Below, in pieces: positions 38,653 through 51,451 of a DNA stretch of 64,000 nucleotides. This DNA is from Polyangiaceae bacterium. GTDB lineage: Bacteria > Myxococcota_A > Polyangia > Polyangiales > Polyangiaceae. The translations under genes were made by a program, and so were the position numbers. How positions within the stretch are numbered: position 1 is the stretch's first letter; each line of letters begins with the position of its first letter. Location: the NCBI GenBank assembly GCA_965222375.1, contig CBDCTZ010000016.1:1632001-1696000 (forward strand). Direction: 5' to 3'. The notes under the pieces were generated by a model. The model searched no databases. It was not told the DNA's origin and worked only from the letters and a program-made list of their open reading frames with translations.

Positions 38653-39281
38653 ACCGGGCGGCGCGAGTGCTCCTGACCGGTGCTCTGGGTTGGGCTGCGT
38701 TGGGGTGTTCCACCAGCGAGGGCGATGGCGAGGTACGCAGCGATCGCCTCTATATCGAGGATTGTTGGAACGGCCCCTTCAATCTGGAGCCAAGCTTCTT
38801 CGGTGCGAATCCGTATCGCAATACGCTGCTGATGCGGATCCAACGCGGTGACAACATCGAAGAGGTGTCCGACGGCCTGATCGTCCTGGTAAACGACGTC
38901 TCGGGAATCCGCTCATCTCGCCTCGGGCAATCGCTCCGGGTTGGCCTGCCGCCGGGCGTTCAGCCCCCCGGCGCCCCGGTGATCTTCGATCCAGACCCGC
39001 CGAGCGTGAGCTTGACACTGTACCTACACGACACTTGTCATGCGCAGAACGGCACGCTCCACTCGATCGACGGCACGATCACCTTCGACGCCCTGTTCAG
39101 TGGGGACCTGAACGAAGACAGCGCGGACGATAGACTTACTGAAGCCCAGTTCGAGGCGAGCTTTGCCGACCCGCGTCACACGCTGTCCGACGGCAGCGTG
39201 GACCCCGAACGGATGAGCACCGTGACGGGCTGGTTCCGTTTCTTCTTCGAGCGCGGCCAACCCGCCCAGCCTTTTCCATGA
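38649..39281 (+). CDS. Hypothetical lipoprotein
   Basis: ATGA overlap with mnmA. Lipobox ALGC. Confidence 0.75.
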   Translation: MNRAARVLLTGALGWAALGCSTSEGDGEVRSDRLYIEDCWNGPFNLEPSFFGANPYRNTLLMRIQRGDNIEEVSDGLIVLVNDVSGIRSSRLGQSLRVGLPPGVQPPGAPVIFDPDPPSVSLTLYLHDTCHAQNGTLHSIDGTITFDALFSGDLNEDSADDRLTEAQFEASFADPRHTLSDGSVDPERMSTVTGWFRFFFERGQPAQPFP

Positions 39282-39389
39282 AAAGCGGGGGGGAGTTCAC
39301 TCACCTTGTCCCACACCCACCCCCATGCCGGCGGCCACCCGTGGGTTGATTCAAGGGTGTCGGACCGCTACGCTTCCTAAAGGAATTTC

Positions 39390-40259
39390 ATGGCTTTCCG
39401 TAATGCTGGGTTGAAGGCCCTCGCCGCGCTGACCCTTGTAGTGCTGACCTTCGCGGTGCCCGCGGGCGCGACCCCCAAGGCGTTCGGCCAAGCGGACGCG
39501 GCCTGGCATACCGCCGAGTTGGAAAAGGCGATGAAGCTGTACCAAGAGGCGCTGGCCGAAGGCGGCTTGGCACCCAACGAAGTGGTCATCGCCTACTCGC
39601 GCATCGGTACGGTGAAGGCGGCGTTGCGTGACAAGAACGGAGCCCTGAGCGCGTTTCGAGTGGCTGCGTCCATCGATCCCGGCTTCGAGCTACCCGCGGA
39701 CAGCGGTCCCATCGCCAAGAAGCTCTACGCCAAGGCGCAAAAAGAGGCTGGGCAGATGGGCGGCGCAAAGCTGGAGCTGACAATTAGCGCCCCCGACAAG
39801 ATCCCTCCAAGGAAGCCCTTCCAGCTGAAGACCAGCATTCCCGAGGGCTTCGCTGTGTTGGTCGCGGAAGTGAACGTGACCATTGAAGACCCCGTGACCG
39901 GAAAACGCTGGCGGCGCAAGGCGCCCTCCGAGGCGACGGTCACCTTCGATTTCCCCAAGCGCGTCGCAATCCGCGGAGCGCGGCTCAAGGTCAAAGCATC
40001 CGCGGTCGACGGACAGAACAACGCCTGGACCACCGCTGAGACGAAGATCAAGGTGGATGGGGTTCGGGAAATGTCCGCTATCAGCGACGAACCGCTGGGG
40101 GAGAAACCCAAGAAGAAGGAAGAGAAATCCAGCTTTTTTTCCTTGGATGGCCCCCTGCCTTGGATCGTCGGCGGTGCGGTATTGGTTGGTGGGGTCATTC
40201 TGTACGCAGCGACGCGGCCCCCAGACGAGGTGAACGTGGGTTCCCCCACTTGGAACTAG
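39390..40259 (+). CDS. Exported TPR-like protein with C-terminal membrane segment
   Basis: Signal peptide. Helical TPR-like part (ALSAFRVAASIDP). Hydrophobic PWIVGGAVLVGGVILY. AAGGA RBS. Confidence 0.7.
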   Translation: MAFRNAGLKALAALTLVVLTFAVPAGATPKAFGQADAAWHTAELEKAMKLYQEALAEGGLAPNEVVIAYSRIGTVKAALRDKNGALSAFRVAASIDPGFELPADSGPIAKKLYAKAQKEAGQMGGAKLELTISAPDKIPPRKPFQLKTSIPEGFAVLVAEVNVTIEDPVTGKRWRRKAPSEATVTFDFPKRVAIRGARLKVKASAVDGQNNAWTTAETKIKVDGVREMSAISDEPLGEKPKKKEEKSSFFSLDGPLPWIVGGAVLVGGVILYAATRPPDEVNVGSPTWN

Positions 40260-42740
40260 ATGGCCAACGACCCAGCTCACGGACGACCGCCGCCGCGCCC
40301 GGCCCCAAGTGGCGCGGCGCCAAGCGATCGTGAGCGCGCGGCGGCTGAGGGAAGCGAACCCTCGCTGCCCGGGGGTGGCACCTACTTCCTGGGTCGTTAC
40401 CGAATCGTCGACGAGATTGGCGTGGGTGGCATGGCCAGCGTGCACCTCGCGCGCGCGGATGGCCCCGGCGGGTTTCAGAAGTGGGTTGCGATCAAGCGGA
40501 TACACAAGCATCTGGCCGAGGACGAGACCTTCATCCGCATGTTCTTGGATGAAGCCCGCATCGCCGCGCGCATTTCGCATCCAAACGTTGCCCAGGTCTA
40601 CGATCTGGGAAAGCACCGCGACAGCTACTGGATCGCGATGGAGTACCTGCACGGCGAGCCCTTGCGGGAGGTGATGCGCGCGGTGGAAGAAGCGGGCGCG
40701 CCACGAATGGGACCCGAGCTAGCCGCGAAGATGGTCGCAGACTCCGCCGAGGGCCTGCATGCGGCTCACGAACTCCGGGACAAGGGCGGAAACCTGCTGA
40801 ACCTCGTGCACCGAGACGTGACCCCGCACAATCTCTTTCTCACCTACGACGGCGCTGTCAAGGTCGTGGACTTTGGGATCGCAAAGGTGACGGGTCGCCT
40901 ATCGAACACCCGTGCAGGTACCCTCAAGGGCAAGCTTGCGTACATGAGCCCGGAGCAAGTCCGCGGTGGCGCAATTGATCGAAAGACGGACATCTTCGCG
41001 CTCGGGGTCGTGCTTTGGGAGCTCACGACCGGGCGCAGGCTTTTCCGGATGGACAGCGATCTGGAAACCTTGGAGCGGGTCCAAGCGTGCGTCGTGGCCC
41101 CCCCGTCTACGGTAGTTCAGAACTACCCGGTTGAACTCGAATCGATCGTGATGCGCGCCCTCGCCAAGGATGCTGAGCGTCGCTATTCCTCAGCGCGGGA
41201 CATCTCACGAGCGCTTCAGCAGTACCTGATGCGAGCGGGCTCTTTCGTAGGTCCCGAAGAAATCGGCGCCTACGTCAAGCACGTGCTAAGTGATCGGTAC
41301 CAAAGGCGCGAAGCTCACCTCCAGTGGGCTGCCGAGGTGACCCAAACGATTTCACTTGAGCAGTTGGAGGGAAAGGCCGGAGCGACCCCAGATGATGACG
41401 AGGTGAGCCTGCTTTCCTTCCGCTCGGACGTGAAAGAAGTCCCTCGCCAACCGCCGCCTCGACCCGCCGCTGGCGCACGCCCGGCGGTCACCGCGCCCAT
41501 GCCGGAGGCAGGAGCACCGAAAGCCAAACCACAGACCTTAGCCATGTCCAATCGACCGCCTGCCGCATCCCCACCCTGGGACCGCAGCCGCCCGCTGGGC
41601 TCAAGCCCAGGGGAGCGGCCTCTCCCTCGCTACGAGTCATCGAACTCTACGGGTGCCGATGACATCTTGGAACCGGATGAAGATGACGAGGAGGCAAAGA
41701 CCCGCGTCACCGGCATGCCGGTGATTCCTCAAGACGTGAGGAAAGCGACCTCCTTGGGCCTCGGGCCGCCACCTCCGACGCCGAATACTGCTCTGCCCAG
41801 CTACGACTCGAATTCCTCCCCCGCTTCTTCGGATGGGTTCGAGATGCATGACTACGCTGAAGAGGACGAGGACGCCGTAACGTGCGTGATGGCTCCTCCT
41901 TCTGAGGCAGAAGAAAACCAGACCATCAGCACGGTGCACGAGCCGCCAAAGCCCTACCGACCCTCGGAGCCGCAACCCGATGATGCCGTCGTGGTTGCGC
42001 CTGTCTTGATGGCGAACGCCAACGAGACGATACCGCCGCAAGGGCACATGGTGCCTACTGGGCAACCGAACTCGCAGCGGGGCGCTGCGACGGCGGCCGC
42101 CTACCCGGCAACCGCGGCGCCGCCGTACTCCGGCCAGACCCAACAGCGTGAGGGCAAGTCGTCGGTGCTGATTGCCGTCATCGCGGCTGCCACGACGTTG
42201 ATTGCTCTGACCCTCACGGCGCTGGTGGTCCTGAAGCTGACCGAGAAGCCTCCCCCGCCGGCCCCCACGGTGGTGGGTGCGGGGACGCTGGCCCCGACGG
42301 CTGCGCCCACGGCAGCCCCCACGCCTCAGCCGACGACAACTGCAGCGCCGGTTGCAACGGCCGCCCCGACGGCAACAGCGGCTCCGACCGCTACAGCTGT
42401 CGACCCCGACAGCCTGCCCAAAGAGGCTCCCAAGCCCAAGCCCAAAACCGCGGCGGCGGCTCCGAAAAAGTTCGGAGGTGGGTTCAAATCAGTCCCAGCG
42501 CCGAAGCCCACTCCCGTCCCCGCGAGCAAGGAGCCCGGCTTCTTGACCATCATGTGCGCCCCCGCCTGCGACAAAGTCATCGCTGCCGGCCGGAATTTTG
42601 GACCGTCACCGGTCGTGCGCAGGCCCCTCCCGCCCGGTAGCCATGGGGTTGTGCTGAAAAAGGGCTCGGTGACGAAATCCATCGGGGTGACGATCACGTC
42701 TGGCGTTACGACCGCCCGACGCGTGAATATGGACCCATGA
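40260..42740 (+). CDS. Hanks-type Ser/Thr protein kinase, single TM, C-terminal PEGA-like domain
   Basis: IGVGGMASV, VAIK, HRDVTPHN, DFGIAK, YMSPEQ, DIFALG. Confidence 0.95.
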   Translation: MANDPAHGRPPPRPAPSGAAPSDRERAAAEGSEPSLPGGGTYFLGRYRIVDEIGVGGMASVHLARADGPGGFQKWVAIKRIHKHLAEDETFIRMFLDEARIAARISHPNVAQVYDLGKHRDSYWIAMEYLHGEPLREVMRAVEEAGAPRMGPELAAKMVADSAEGLHAAHELRDKGGNLLNLVHRDVTPHNLFLTYDGAVKVVDFGIAKVTGRLSNTRAGTLKGKLAYMSPEQVRGGAIDRKTDIFALGVVLWELTTGRRLFRMDSDLETLERVQACVVAPPSTVVQNYPVELESIVMRALAKDAERRYSSARDISRALQQYLMRAGSFVGPEEIGAYVKHVLSDRYQRREAHLQWAAEVTQTISLEQLEGKAGATPDDDEVSLLSFRSDVKEVPRQPPPRPAAGARPAVTAPMPEAGAPKAKPQTLAMSNRPPAASPPWDRSRPLGSSPGERPLPRYESSNSTGADDILEPDEDDEEAKTRVTGMPVIPQDVRKATSLGLGPPPPTPNTALPSYDSNSSPASSDGFEMHDYAEEDEDAVTCVMAPPSEAEENQTISTVHEPPKPYRPSEPQPDDAVVVAPVLMANANETIPPQGHMVPTGQPNSQRGAATAAAYPATAAPPYSGQTQQREGKSSVLIAVIAAATTLIALTLTALVVLKLTEKPPPPAPTVVGAGTLAPTAAPTAAPTPQPTTTAAPVATAAPTATAAPTATAVDPDSLPKEAPKPKPKTAAAAPKKFGGGFKSVPAPKPTPVPASKEPGFLTIMCAPACDKVIAAGRNFGPSPVVRRPLPPGSHGVVLKKGSVTKSIGVTITSGVTTARRVNMDP

Positions 42741-44446
42741 GGAAGGCGGTGTCCGCAGGCCTTGCGCTCGTTTTCGCGAGCGTTTGCTTCCCCTCGTGCG
42801 CAGAGAAGCCCGAGATCAAGATCGGCCTGCGCGATCCGTGCCTGGACATCAACGGCACGGCGTTTCGCGAGGCAGGCGCCTACACGGAGTTCGTGGTGTT
42901 TCGCAATGGTTGTCCCGCCGACGACGAGCTGAAAGCTGGGCGGACGGATGGTGCTGTCTTTCGATCTGTTGTCCCAATAGACGGCAACCTCCCGGATGTC
43001 GGTGATCTAGACAAAGTCAAGTACGGATTCGCGGCGCTCGTTCGCAACGAAAGCTGCGGCGTCGTCGGCTTCGGCTGCACGGCCGCCAATCTCGAAGACG
43101 TTCGGGAAGTGCGCATCGCCGTCTGCGACTGGTCGGCACAAACCCAGGACGGAGCGCCTACTTGTGCCTGCGATGTGCTCAGCGGGCCGGGTTGCGAGTC
43201 GCCGAAGATTTGCGACAAGGGTTCTTGTGTCAAGTCAGGTGAGTGCGTGATCGACGACGGGGACCTCAAAGGCTGTCCCCTCACCATCGCGGCGTCGGGT
43301 CCCCTGCCAGCACCGGCAGACTCTTCCTCGATCTTGAGCGGGCCCGGGCTCGTTGCGACTCCCGATGGTTTCGTCGTCGCTTTCCGGGAGATGAGTTCGG
43401 GAGGCGACAAAGGCCAAGTCAAGCTCGTGGGCCTCTCTGACTGCGGCGCGCCCGGGGTTCGGGCTGCCGTGGACCTCGCCTCGAACAAGCTCACCTGTAG
43501 TGGGGGCGCGTCCTCCGACGGTGTTGGCATCGCTTTCTCTGATGATACGGGGCTGGCGGCCGCGAGCCTGCCCAATTGCGGGAAAGGCGGTGGCGTCTTG
43601 CTCATGCCTTTCGATTCCAAGGGCGACCTTCACACGTCGCCATCCGGGCCGCGCAACGTCGCATTTGAGAAGTTCACGATGGTTTCGCCCACTGGGGCAG
43701 CGGCGGCGGGTGCGGGGCCATCCGACTTCGAACTCGTCTATCGCATCGAGGAGAGCCCCACGGTCGGCGATGTGCAGCGGGTGGTGCTTTCCGCGCCGGC
43801 GGGCGCCGTTAACGGGCCCTCGTTCAAGGAGGTGGCCGTAACGAATCCGCTGGGCGCCGAGAACATCCCCTTCGCCCATGTAGTCACGAGCAGCCAGGTA
43901 CGCGGTTTCGTCGGCCTGGTTCCGTCGAAGACGCCTGCCGGGGTCGTGATGAGCGTGGGACCCAATGCTTCCGACACCCTCGAGCCGAAGGGTGAAGTGG
44001 CATTGCCGGACGCCAACTGGGCTGCGGCCACCGCTTGGAACGACAAGGTTGCAGCGCTCGTTCCGACCCCCTCGGGCGCGACCTGGAAAGCTGCTCAACT
44101 TGCTGGCACCGCCGTTAGCGAGGTCGCGACTGGAACCGTTGGCAGTGGTGCCCTGAAGGGCGCCGGCATGACCACACTTCGGGATCACCTGTTGATCGTA
44201 ACCTCCACGAGCCAGGGAATGTCCGTGCATCGCATCAGCGGTGCGTCGGGAACCCTCTCGTCCTCGGCGGCAGACTCGGTGGCTCTGGCTCCGGATCTAG
44301 GTGGTGGAATCCTCGATGGTTTCGATGGTGAGCGGGTTGCAATTGCCGCCGCCCGAAGCCGCGTTGCCGTCGTTTGGATCAACAAGCCCCAGTTCTCCAC
44401 CGGCGACGTGATGGGCGGTTGGGCGCTCTTGAAGTGCCCGGAGTGA
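42737..44446 (+). CDS. Cys-rich exported (lipo)protein, hypothetical
   Basis: ATGA overlap with the kinase. Signal with FPSC. Cys cluster followed by a beta-rich domain. Confidence 0.7.
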   Translation: MRKAVSAGLALVFASVCFPSCAEKPEIKIGLRDPCLDINGTAFREAGAYTEFVVFRNGCPADDELKAGRTDGAVFRSVVPIDGNLPDVGDLDKVKYGFAALVRNESCGVVGFGCTAANLEDVREVRIAVCDWSAQTQDGAPTCACDVLSGPGCESPKICDKGSCVKSGECVIDDGDLKGCPLTIAASGPLPAPADSSSILSGPGLVATPDGFVVAFREMSSGGDKGQVKLVGLSDCGAPGVRAAVDLASNKLTCSGGASSDGVGIAFSDDTGLAAASLPNCGKGGGVLLMPFDSKGDLHTSPSGPRNVAFEKFTMVSPTGAAAAGAGPSDFELVYRIEESPTVGDVQRVVLSAPAGAVNGPSFKEVAVTNPLGAENIPFAHVVTSSQVRGFVGLVPSKTPAGVVMSVGPNASDTLEPKGEVALPDANWAAATAWNDKVAALVPTPSGATWKAAQLAGTAVSEVATGTVGSGALKGAGMTTLRDHLLIVTSTSQGMSVHRISGASGTLSSSAADSVALAPDLGGGILDGFDGERVAIAAARSRVAVVWINKPQFSTGDVMGGWALLKCPE

Positions 44447-44458
44447 GCCGGCGCAGGC

Positions 44459-44653
44459 GTGCACAGCAAGGTCGACGACGCGTTTCGAACTCAAGCGTTT
44501 GAGTTCGGTCTTCGGTTTTGTTGCGAAGATTGCGCCTACTTCGACCTGGAAAGGCAGTGCTGCTCGCATGGATATCCGACCGAGGAGCACCGGCGGGCAG
44601 ACCTGGTCCAGCTTCAGGTCGTGGTCTTCTGCAAGGACTTCGAACTCACCTGA
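44459..44653 (+). CDS. Small Cys-rich putative metal-binding protein
   Basis: 64 aa filling the operon gap. CCEDCAYF...CCSHGYP...FCKDF. Confidence 0.65.
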   Translation: MHSKVDDAFRTQAFEFGLRFCCEDCAYFDLERQCCSHGYPTEEHRRADLVQLQVVVFCKDFELT

Positions 44654-44709
44654 GCCCATGACGCGATGCGCCCATGACGTGATGGCTCCGTCGCGCTAAC
44701 GCTCTAGAC

Positions 44710-45597
44710 ATGGCGCGCTCACATCCCCCGACATTGCTGACGCTGCTCCGGCGCACTCTGCGCTCGGAGTGCGCAGTCGGCCGTGGTGAGCGCTTGCTCG
44801 TGGCCGTTTCGGGTGGGCCGGATTCCCAGGCCCTCTTACATGCTCTTGGCATGCTGCGACAGCGCCTAGGACTGTGGCTGCACGCGCATAGCATTGACCA
44901 CGGCCTTCGCCCCGAGGCGGAAGCGGAGATCGACCACGCACGCCGTTTGGCGAAGAGCCTTGGAGTGCCCTTTTCGGTGGCTAGGCTGAACGTACCCGCA
45001 GGCGGCAACTTGATGGCTCGTGCTCGAGAAGCACGATACGCTGACCTCCAGGCAACTCAGCGACGACTCGGGGCGGGGTACATCGTGACGGCGCATCACG
45101 CCGACGACCGAGCCGAGACTGTCCTACTGCGCTTGCTTCGCGGAACATCCGTTTCGGGGCTAGCTGTGTTGCCACCCGTGGGCGACTCACGCCTACGGCC
45201 GATGATTCGAGCTCGCAAGAGCGATGTACTCGCGCACCTGCGCCGCCATCGAGTCTCCTTCGCTGATGACCCCAGCAATTTGGACCGGCGCTTCCTCCGG
45301 GTGCGTGTGCGCCACGAGTTGATGCCGCTGCTCAGCGAGCTGTCTCCTGGCATCGTCGATCACCTGAATGCTCTGGCCGATTCCGCCGCCGCGGACCCTC
45401 TGCCAGCCCTGCTGGACGAGTCGGGAATTCCGCTGCGATTGTCCCGATCCCATCGCCAGGCGCTGGGCCTTTTGTTGGCACGGCGCTCGCGCCGCGCCAG
45501 GGTGTCCCTGCCCGGGGGGCGCATCGCGAGGCTCGGAAAGGCTGGAATCGTAGTGGAGCCGGCCTTGGGGGCTGCCAAGCGGGCGAAAAGTGATTAA
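44710..45597 (+). CDS. tilS: tRNA(Ile)-lysidine synthetase
   Basis: VAVSGGPDS, IDHGLR, ARxARY, TAHHADDRAET, DDPSN. Directly upstream of ftsH. Confidence 0.93.
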   Translation: MARSHPPTLLTLLRRTLRSECAVGRGERLLVAVSGGPDSQALLHALGMLRQRLGLWLHAHSIDHGLRPEAEAEIDHARRLAKSLGVPFSVARLNVPAGGNLMARAREARYADLQATQRRLGAGYIVTAHHADDRAETVLLRLLRGTSVSGLAVLPPVGDSRLRPMIRARKSDVLAHLRRHRVSFADDPSNLDRRFLRVRVRHELMPLLSELSPGIVDHLNALADSAAADPLPALLDESGIPLRLSRSHRQALGLLLARRSRRARVSLPGGRIARLGKAGIVVEPALGAAKRAKSD

Positions 45598-45706
45598 GCC
45601 TCCATGCAGGATCGTCTTTTGAATGCGCCCCAATCGACGCCACCCCGATCGGGTGGCATGATGATTAGCCCCGCCTGTGTCGTTCAGGTTTTCTTCGAGG
45701 TAGTTC

Positions 45707-47647
<1,941 letters not shown>

Positions 47648-47805
47648 GGTCTGGGACCTCCTCGCTGCTCCGGATCCACGCGTGCCCGCGCGGGCCTGTT
47701 CCGCACGGCCACTCGGAGCCAGTTCGCTTCATGTGCGATGGCGTTGTCAGCCCGCCGGGGAGACGACGGCGCCCGTGCTGCCACGGCCTGTCCTGCGCGC
47801 GGAGC

Positions 47806-49209
47806 TCACGTTCCATCGACGTTGGAGCTTGCCAGCAGCTCTCTTGCACGTTCCAGCAAGGGGTCGCGAGCATTAAGCGCTGGAGACTCGGTGACCTCTT
47901 CCAGCAGGGTCCGAAGCAGCGTTCCAAGCCAAGCCCCCGGGGGCCGTTCGGCCAGCTGAATCAAGTCGTGGCCGTTGACGGCGAGGTCCCTGACCGAAAA
48001 GGCCGCGCCTGCCTTTTGAACGCGCTCGGCCCGCTCCCGCAGCGCCTCGAGACGTTCCAGGTCATCCGAGGCATCTCGCCCCTTGCCCAGCACGTCGGCG
48101 CGATTGAGGGCGTAGAGGTCTTCGAGCAACTCCGGTGTGACTCGTCGGATCCACCGGCGCACCGCCGCGTCCGACCACGAGGCGTCATAGCAGATCAAAT
48201 GATGACGAATCAGACGCACAACGCGGTCTCGTTCATCGTTGCTGAATCGAAGGCGCTTGAGCATCGGGTCGGCCATTTCCGCACCGATGCGTTCGTGCTC
48301 GTAGAAGGTGTAGTCCTTTGTTTTTTCGCTGAACGCGCGGGAACGCGGCTTCCCGACGTCGTGGAGCAAGCCCGACATGCGCATGACCGGCTCAGGAGGG
48401 CAGTTGTCCAAGCATGCCATGGCGTGCCCCCACACATCGAAGGCGTGGTAGCGGTTTTGCGCGCAACCCACAGATTCCATGAGTTCCGGGGCGGAAATGG
48501 CCAGGAGCCCATGCTCTCGCATGATCTCGAAGGCGCGACTCGGCCGCGCCGCTTTCATGGTCTTCACCCACTCGTCGCGGATACGTTCCGGACTGACTTT
48601 GCGATAGCTCGCCAGGGAGGGCTCGATCGCGGCCGCTGTCTTGGGGTCCACCTCCACTTCGAGGGTGGCGGCAAACCGTGCAGCGCGAAGGACACGTAGG
48701 CCGTCTTCGGCGAAGCGCTCATCGGCTTCGCCCACTGCCCGCAGTAGGTTCGCCTTCAAGTCCAGGACCCCAGAGAAAGGATCAATCAGATTGTCCTCGA
48801 GGGGGTCGTAGGCCATCGCGTTGATGGTGAAGTCTCGACGCGCCAGATCCGCTACGATGTCATCGACGAAGTACACTGCGTCGGGTCGGCGACCATCCGA
48901 ATAGGTCGTTTCACCACGAAGGGTCGTGACCTCATACCCCGTGCCTTCGATCAGCACGGTGACCGTGCCATGCTCCAGGCCCGTTGGAATGACCTTCCGA
49001 AACAGTCTCTGCACTTGCTCCGGAAGCGCGTCGGTCGCGACGTCCCAGTCGTTTTCGGGTTGCGGGGCGCCCCGCCGTATTTGGGACAAGACGTGATCGC
49101 GCACGCAGCCACCGACAATCCAAGAGCGAAACCCGCCCTCGCGCAGTCGTGCGCACAGTGCCCGTACTGGCTTGGGCACGGCGTCTCGCAACAGGCTGAG
49201 CTCAATCAC
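47806..49209 (-). CDS. CCA-adding / poly(A) polymerase family tRNA nucleotidyltransferase with HD domain
   Basis: GGCVRD, DWDVAT, EVTT, GRRP loop, RRDFTINAM, EDGLRVLRAARF, LLHDVGKP. Confidence 0.92.
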   Translation of the reverse strand: MIELSLLRDAVPKPVRALCARLREGGFRSWIVGGCVRDHVLSQIRRGAPQPENDWDVATDALPEQVQRLFRKVIPTGLEHGTVTVLIEGTGYEVTTLRGETTYSDGRRPDAVYFVDDIVADLARRDFTINAMAYDPLEDNLIDPFSGVLDLKANLLRAVGEADERFAEDGLRVLRAARFAATLEVEVDPKTAAAIEPSLASYRKVSPERIRDEWVKTMKAARPSRAFEIMREHGLLAISAPELMESVGCAQNRYHAFDVWGHAMACLDNCPPEPVMRMSGLLHDVGKPRSRAFSEKTKDYTFYEHERIGAEMADPMLKRLRFSNDERDRVVRLIRHHLICYDASWSDAAVRRWIRRVTPELLEDLYALNRADVLGKGRDASDDLERLEALRERAERVQKAGAAFSVRDLAVNGHDLIQLAERPPGAWLGTLLRTLLEEVTESPALNARDPLLERARELLASSNVDGT

Positions 49210-49284
49210 GGCGAGAAACCTAGCGTAACGTGACGCCGTCGACGCAACTTCTGGAAACCAAACCGGGCCAAAAGGGCGTGCGGG

Positions 49285-51144
49285 TCACTCTCCCCAGGGA
49301 TTGACCAGGCCCGGATCGGTGATTGCTGGTTTGGGTTTCGGCTTTGGCTTGGGTTTCGCCGGCCGCGGCTTGGGCCGAACCACCGGGCGGACCTTGGCGC
49401 CGGGCTTCTTCTCGAGCTTCACAATGTGTTTTTGCTTGCTACCATCGACTTCGATTTGCTGCGGTTTGAAGCCGTCTCGAGTGATCTCCAGTTTGACGTT
49501 CTCGCCCTCGGGGATCTGAAGCAGGAGCGGACTACTGCCGATCTCCTCACCGTCTTGGAGGATCGTGGCATCCATGGGCTCCACTGCGACCACCACCTGT
49601 GCCTTGCGTACCGTAGGCGCGCTCGGTTTAGGGTCCGCGGTGGTCTTCACGGGGTTGGGCTTGGGCTTGGGCTTGACTGGGGTTTCTGCACTCGGCGCAG
49701 TGTTCGCGGTGCTCTTCGAACTCGCCGCAAAGATGCCCACCACGATGACGATTGCAGTCAGGACCCCAGCAACGCCCGCGTACAAGGGCCAGCGCGTACG
49801 CTGGACTGCTCCGCTGGCTGGTGCGGCCGGCACCGGGGCGGGCATCCCCGGTCCTTTCTTGAAATAGTCGGCGGGAACGTTGAACCCACCGGACCGACCC
49901 ATCATTTCGGGAACGGCGTCCGGGATGGCTCCAGATTTCAACTTGTCCAGATCGGCCAAAAGCTCTTTCATCGACTCGTAGCGCTGCTCAGGGCGCTTCG
50001 AGAGGCACTTAAGAACGACGGCTTCAAGCCCGGGGGGAACTTCTTGCGGAGCCGGAACCAGGGCGCGAATCGGAACGGGCGCCTTGTACATGTGCTGGGT
50101 CAAAATCCCCATGAAGTTGTCGGCGTCGAAGGGGACCTTGCCGCTCGCCATTTCGTACAGAATGACGCCGAAGGAGTAGATATCGCCGCGATGATCCACC
50201 GGGGCGCCCGCGGCCTGCTCCGGTGACATGTAGTGGGGCGTTCCGAACACGGCACCTGCCCGAGTCAGCCTGCCCTCGCCGCTGGTCGACACCTTGGCGA
50301 TGCCAAAATCGAGGATCTTGACGAAATCCTTGGTACTGCTGCGTTCCACCAAGAAGATGTTGTCGGGTTTCAAGTCGCGATGGACGATGCCTGCTTCGTG
50401 CGCCGCAAGCAGGCCCTCCGCCAGTTGCCGCGCGACGTCGAGAATGCGCGGCACGGGAACGGGTTTGCCCTCCTCGACGATTTGCGTCAGCGGAAACCCG
50501 TCCAGGTACTCCATGACGAAGTAGGTCGAGCCATCCGGGAATTGGCCGAAGTCGCTGATGTCGATGATGTGCGCGTTGCCGATGGCCGATGCGGACTTGG
50601 CTTCGTTCAGGAAGCGCTCAGTCACTTCCTTGTCGCGGGCAAGGTCCGCGCGCAACACCTTCATCGCGACTTTCTTGCCGATGATCGTGTGTACGCACTT
50701 GTACACGACGCCCATGCCGCCCTCGCCGAGGACCCCTTCGACTTTGTAACGGGAATCGATCGTGCAGCCGATGTATGGATCCTCTTTGGGGATCATCGGC
50801 GTACCGTCGGCCTTGGTGATCTGGCTGATCTCGGTATCTGCGATGGACGCCGAAGGCGTGACCGTGACTAGCTTGAGTTCACTGTTCTTCGACACCCCCC
50901 CCGATGCGGGTTGCGCGGGCGCAGCCTCACTCACCGCGGGGACCGCTCCTGAGACGCTGGACGCTCGAGGTAGTGTGGGGGCGCCAGAGGGGCGCATCTC
51001 GCCAAAGGATCCAGAGGGTCGTGCCGTGCCCGACGGGACGCGCAGTTCGCCCGAAGCGCTCGAGGATGGAGCTGGCCCTTTTGGTCTCGGTGGGGGCCCC
51101 GGTGGCCCTGCGCGCGCTGCGCCCTTGTCGCGCTCGTCGGACAT
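49285..51144 (-). CDS. Hanks-type Ser/Thr protein kinase, single TM, PEGA-like domain
   Basis: LGEGGMGVV, VAMK, HRDLKPDN, DFGIAK, GTPHYMSPEQ. Confidence 0.95.
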   Translation of the reverse strand: MSDERDKGAARAGPPGPPPRPKGPAPSSSASGELRVPSGTARPSGSFGEMRPSGAPTLPRASSVSGAVPAVSEAAPAQPASGGVSKNSELKLVTVTPSASIADTEISQITKADGTPMIPKEDPYIGCTIDSRYKVEGVLGEGGMGVVYKCVHTIIGKKVAMKVLRADLARDKEVTERFLNEAKSASAIGNAHIIDISDFGQFPDGSTYFVMEYLDGFPLTQIVEEGKPVPVPRILDVARQLAEGLLAAHEAGIVHRDLKPDNIFLVERSSTKDFVKILDFGIAKVSTSGEGRLTRAGAVFGTPHYMSPEQAAGAPVDHRGDIYSFGVILYEMASGKVPFDADNFMGILTQHMYKAPVPIRALVPAPQEVPPGLEAVVLKCLSKRPEQRYESMKELLADLDKLKSGAIPDAVPEMMGRSGGFNVPADYFKKGPGMPAPVPAAPASGAVQRTRWPLYAGVAGVLTAIVIVVGIFAASSKSTANTAPSAETPVKPKPKPNPVKTTADPKPSAPTVRKAQVVVAVEPMDATILQDGEEIGSSPLLLQIPEGENVKLEITRDGFKPQQIEVDGSKQKHIVKLEKKPGAKVRPVVRPKPRPAKPKPKPKPKPAITDPGLVNPWGE

Positions 51145-51451
51145 TAGATTATCGGCATCTGAAATTTACGTAAGGTAGCCCCACACCACCAGTTTTTACG
51201 TTCACGCTGGGCCATGGATCTGGACACTGGCCATGGGTTTAGTCGCCCTAGGAAAGACGTCACTAGCATGCTGCAAGCAAGGCATGGGCCCGCGCCTCGC
51301 CCGCAAAAACCCGCGACATTTGCCGCTTCGGCTCCGCCCTATTGCCATCCGTTGTCAGGGCAAGTGTGAAATCGTTGCATACATTGACAGGCGACGGGGT
51401 AGGCCATTTCCCCACCTTTCCGTAACAGATCGCTGCTACACCGAGTTGGCA

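Noticed and set aside
49215..49240. Second ECF-like motif GAAACC-N16-CGTC on the + strand
   Set aside because: It points antisense into the end of the kinase gene with no sense gene downstream, so it is probably chance.
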